Assembly (NCBI GenBank): GCA_043228905.1
Contig: JBHGNT010000004.1
Coordinates: forward strand, 5,952,001 to 6,016,000
Reading direction: 5' to 3'
DNA: 64,000 nucleotides
Origin: Azolla caroliniana
Taxonomy: Eukaryota > Plantae > Polypodiophyta
The notes under the pieces are model-generated. The model had not been told where the DNA came from. It did no database searches and saw only the letters and a program-made list of their open reading frames with translations. Shown here in pieces: positions 59,982 through 64,000 of this stretch. A program made the translations under genes and the position numbers. The number at the start of each line of letters is the position of its first letter. Position 1 is the stretch's first letter.

Positions 59982-62900
59982 TGTTAGAACACACGCGTAA
60001 GATAATTATAATTAGCATAGACGGTAAGACAATACAGACACTAAGATAATTACGCAATGGCTAAACTTGTATTACTTCCGTCAACATCATTACAATTCAT
60101 CGGATCCTTTTATAGGCATCCGGCAAGGTTACAAAACGGTGCGCTTAGGCAACCGGCATCCGAATCGGTCCGGATCCGGATCAGTACAACTGTACCGGAT
60201 TCGTCCCTCCGAATAATAATCCTACTAATATTTACTTATTATTTCTCTATCCGATTCCGGCTTCCCACTTGTCCTTCCTCTTTTGACCGGCCAACACATG
60301 GCATGCCCGTGGGAAAGTGCTTTGCACTTCGAACCCACACCCGGCCTCAATCTTCTTCCAAAATATCGAGCAAAGTCTGCTCGATGGTGTCAAGTGGTGC
60401 CTCTCCTTCGGCTCCCCGTTCCTTGCCTGCCTCTCCTTCGACTTCCGGTTGGATTGGTTGCTGCTCCGGATCTTCTTGGTTCCGTTGGACCGGTGCTTCC
60501 TCTCTGCTTCGTCCGGGTTCATCTTGTTCTTCTTCTATTCCGGGCTCCGTTCTATTACCGGTGCTGCTTTCCCCGGTCTCGACTGGCCGATTCGGTGCTA
60601 CTTCTTCCTCTGCCCCGGTGTTCCCTTGTTCTTGCGTCCCGGCCTCGGCCTGCAACTGCTCCTCCTGATTTCTTTGGACCGGTAACTCTTCTTCGGGTCC
60701 TTCCTGTCGGGGTTGTTCGGTGTTGGTTGGTTCTGCCACAGCCGGTCACTCTTCATCACTTATGGTGATCGGCGTCGTTTTACCCTTGGCTTCCTGTTGT
60801 TGACGGTCTTGCTCGTATTTTTCCAATTGCAGCTGAGTTTTGAGCTGCCCGTCATCCAGTCTTTCCACCAACCCTCGGATCTCCTTTAGATGTTCTTCTA
60901 CCAAAGCGAAGAAATCCTCTAACAATTCCTCCCGAATGGTGACTATGCTATCTTCATCCATCTTATAAAATTTGTCACCCGTCTTCCTCCGGTTCTCAGC
61001 ATCTGCCCGGAGTGTCTGCAGCTCTGCTGCCTGTTGTGACCACTCCTTCCATACCTTCTCAGTACTTTCATTGATGCTTGCCTGAGCCCGATCACTCCAT
61101 GCCGACATGATGAGCCGGATCCGGTCCGCCACTGCTTGAGCCTGTGCATTTGCTTCTTGCTTTTCCTTCCGCAACCGTGTTATAATCGCAACAGTTGCCT
61201 GGGCGCGGCTTTCGTACTCCTCTGCCTTCCTTTCATAGGTACTCCGAAGTTTGTTGAGCGTGTACGTAGCCCGTTCCTTTTCTTCGTTCCGGTTCTTTGT
61301 TATCTCCAACTTCTCCTGCCGCAACGCTTCCAGCTCCTTCCGTTTCTCGGATGCTTGGGTCTTTTCTGCCGACAAGGCCTCTTTTTTGTCATCTAATTCC
61401 TCCATTGTCTTGGCCAGATCCATTCGGGTCTCCTTCAACTGCTCTTTAAGCTTTTCTATTTGCCGGTCGTACTCTGCTCCCCGTTTTTTGTTGTCCGACT
61501 CGGCCTGCTTGTGGTCCCGGTACAACCTGTTGAAATCCTCCGTTTTCTGCTTTAGGCGTCGGTTCACCTGAGCCCGTAACCGGTCGTCCCGGTCCTTCTA
61601 TTGCCGGAGTTCTTCCTAGAGTCGTTCTATTTCTTGCTTGGCCTGTCGACGCAGTCTGTCCTTCTCCTTTTGTAGCTTGTCCTTTTCCTCCCGCAGTCGA
61701 TCGTTATTGGCCTGACCTTTCCGGAGACCCTCTTCCATCCTCCGTTTGTCTTCTTCCGCCAATTTCCGCTGCTCTCGTTCTTTTTCTCTCAACGCCTCCT
61801 GAGCCCTTAATTCCTCTCTCAAGGTTGGTATGACTTTTTCGGACTCAGGGCCGGTTTGCAAGGCCTCTCTTTCCACCAGTTCCGGTTCCGGTTGCTTCCT
61901 TGTTGTCCTGACCGGCTCGGTGACAACTTGTGCTTGTTGACTCCTTGTGGCTGCTTCCACCACCCTTTCCCTTGCTTGCATTAGGTCCCTTTGCAACTCC
62001 TGGATCTATGTTCGAAGCGCGACCAATTCTTGGGTTGTTGTTAGCGTCAGGTGTTCCCTACGCTTTTCCTCTTCGTCCAATTGGTCTGCTACCCCCGACA
62101 CCTGCTCTGAGAGCCATCTCAGCCATTGTTGCTTGGTACTTCTTTCCAGTCCATGATCCGGGGTGCGTTCCTTGCTTCCGTTCCTTGGTTCGGACTGTTT
62201 CTCCTGTCCACTCTCCGGCTGTTCCGATACCCGTTCATTTCCCATATCCGGAATTAACGGTTCTCTGAAATCCGGCAAAACCGGTTCCGGTGCTGCCTCC
62301 TTTGGTGCGGTCCTGGCTTCTTCCTGTTTCCTTTCCGCCTCGGCTACTGGAGTCGGTCCCTTCGCCCGTCGCTGAGAGCCGTCAACTGGTGGAGCTAGTC
62401 CTTTCGCCCGTTTCTCCCGTCCCTGTCTTGGTGGGAGTCTCACCAGTTGCTTGGATGAGTCCTCCGGCTCAGCTTCCTCCTCAGGTGCGGTTCCCAAACG
62501 GATCTTTTGTATAAAGTCCTCTGGTTCGGGTTCCGGCCTTCGTACCGTTATCTTGATCGGCTTGTGCACCACCGGCTCTTCCTCAGCCGGTTCTTGCGCG
62601 CGGGTGGTCTTCTTTGTCGTTTTCTCCTTCCCCTTCCCTGCCGGTTTTGCTTGTGCCACCGGCTGTTCCGGTTGTCGTCGGGATGGCCCTTCTTCCGGTT
62701 GTTCTTCTTCTTCTTGGGTCCATCCCGGAGTGTGTTTCTCCAAGAGTTGTCGGCGTTTTGCTATCTTCTTAGGAGTGGTATCCTGCCGAGCTCGCTTCTT
62801 CTGCTTGATGGGGAGAACTGGTGGGACTAACACCGTCAGCCACTGCACTATCCCGGTCCATGACTTCTTCCCGTCCACCAGGTTCCCGATGGCGTCCTTT

Positions 62901-64000
62901 AGTCCTCCGGTTATGAAGTGGAGCTAGTCCACTTGCAGGCCTTCATATGCCGCAATTATGAACCCTGCCCGGTACTTTGGTATGGCCGGGGGATGAGGGT
63001 GTACAAACCCGTACTCCATCATGGGCCGGGCCACCTCCCCGAACAACAGGTTCTGTCCGCCCTGCGTTCGGTACGCCTTGCTGCTTATAGAGTATTCCCC
63101 GAAATACTCGAACAAGATCTGATTGGAGGGGTGCTCGATGGATCGGAGTCCTCCGGCTTGTAGACCTATGAGCGCCTGTACTGCGCCTTCCGTGATCTCC
63201 AACAGATCGATCGTTGCTGCCGCCTGCTCCGGTTCCCCGTGTGGTGGAGCGTCGACGATGCGCAGCAGTCCTTCCAAACCGTTTTCTGTCATCCATTGTC
63301 GTGCTTCATCTGACAACGCCATGGGTACTACTTCTTCCTCCAGTTTTTGTTGATCGGTGTGGGAGAGACGTGCTGAGTGTGTGGATGCTCTTCTGTGCTC
63401 TCGCGCGTGTGTGACTGCAAACTCGTAAAATGTGAATCCCTAACAGGCCTTTGCCTTTTGTAGGTGCGTTTCCCTCGAGCCGTCCTTTCTTGATTCCCGC
63501 GCATGCATAACTCCCGCCATAATTAGCAAGTCCTTTCTTGATTCCCACGCGTGCAAATCTCCTCGTGCTTCGGTGGTTGTGCATTAATTAGTAAGTACTT
63601 GCCCACGTTCTGGGCTTTAAATAGCAAGTACCCCACGTCTCTCCGTTTAACAAATGGCGCCTCTTCATTGAGTAATTGGCGGCGCTTCCTTCTTTGAATG
63701 ACTGGCGCTCCCACCTTTTCCAATCTCCATCGTCATTATGACCTGTTGATTATTTTCTTATGTTTAAATTTTTGTTTTTTTTTTTTGTTGTTTTTTTCTC
63801 TTTCGGTCCGTCCACGTCATTTGTTGGTTCCAACCGGGTTGTCCGGGTCGGTTCTCGCCGGTACCGGAACCTCTTCATGCCGGTTATCCGGAGCAGCTTC
63901 GGTCGGTTCTTCCTCATGCCGGTTCTCCGGGTTGTCTAGTTCCGTGTTCCCTGGGAACGGGTTAGCTGGCATATGTCCTTTATAAGGCTTCAACCGGAAA
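59982..64000 (-). mobile_element. 3' part of Athila/Tat-like Ty3/gypsy J: integrase tail, extra ORF, probable 3' LTR
   Basis: 63817-63999 encodes FRLKPYKG...*, a typical non-chromovirus integrase end. Probable LTR 59982-~60230 (tgttag...ctaata). Purine-rich minus-strand tract at 60231-60248. The partner LTR is outside the window. Confidence 0.65.
60347..63322 (-). pseudogene. Accessory (extra) ORF of J, ~990 codons: globular N-terminus, P/E-rich linker, long coiled coil, acidic tail
   Basis: ORFs 62924-63322, 62006-62878, 61616-61996, 60746-61567 and 60347-60739 are all in one frame, separated only by TAG/TGA stops. Confidence 0.8.

Noticed and set aside
60057-60768. Plus-strand ORFs of 203 and 161 aa
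   Set aside because: Antisense shadows of the E/Q/P-rich tail of the accessory ORF

Overview
Eukaryotic, most likely non-seed land plant (moss/liverwort-like) heterochromatin. Positions 1-5304 and 10459-11460 are AT-rich host DNA with no convincing gene. The rest is 14 LTR-retrotransposon insertions, which I resolved from LTR pairs, PBS/PPT signals and target-site duplications (TSDs). Copia A (5305-10453) stands alone. A nest runs from about 11465 to the window end. Copia C contains Gypsy W. W contains truncated Copia B, Gypsy Z (containing Copia I) and Gypsy X (12981-45108). X contains solo LTR Y, chromovirus D (containing solo LTR E, which contains chromovirus F), Copia G and Gypsy H. An Athila/Tat-like Gypsy J with a ~990-codon extra ORF closes the window. 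The most notable signals are: (1) a tRNA-Trp-primed non-chromovirus Gypsy clade whose five insertions have 4-bp target sites centred on CG, mostly GCGT/ACGC (two partly reconstructed); (2) in that clade, a -1 frameshift placed after the protease, with FLDD and DHG catalytic motifs; (3) Tf1-like self-priming chromoviruses with a structurally conserved palindrome over the predicted transcription start; (4) a tRNA-like Pol III promoter inside one LTR; (5) a long coiled-coil accessory ORF. Lineage names come from motif recognition, not database searches. No prokaryotic system or CRISPR array is present.
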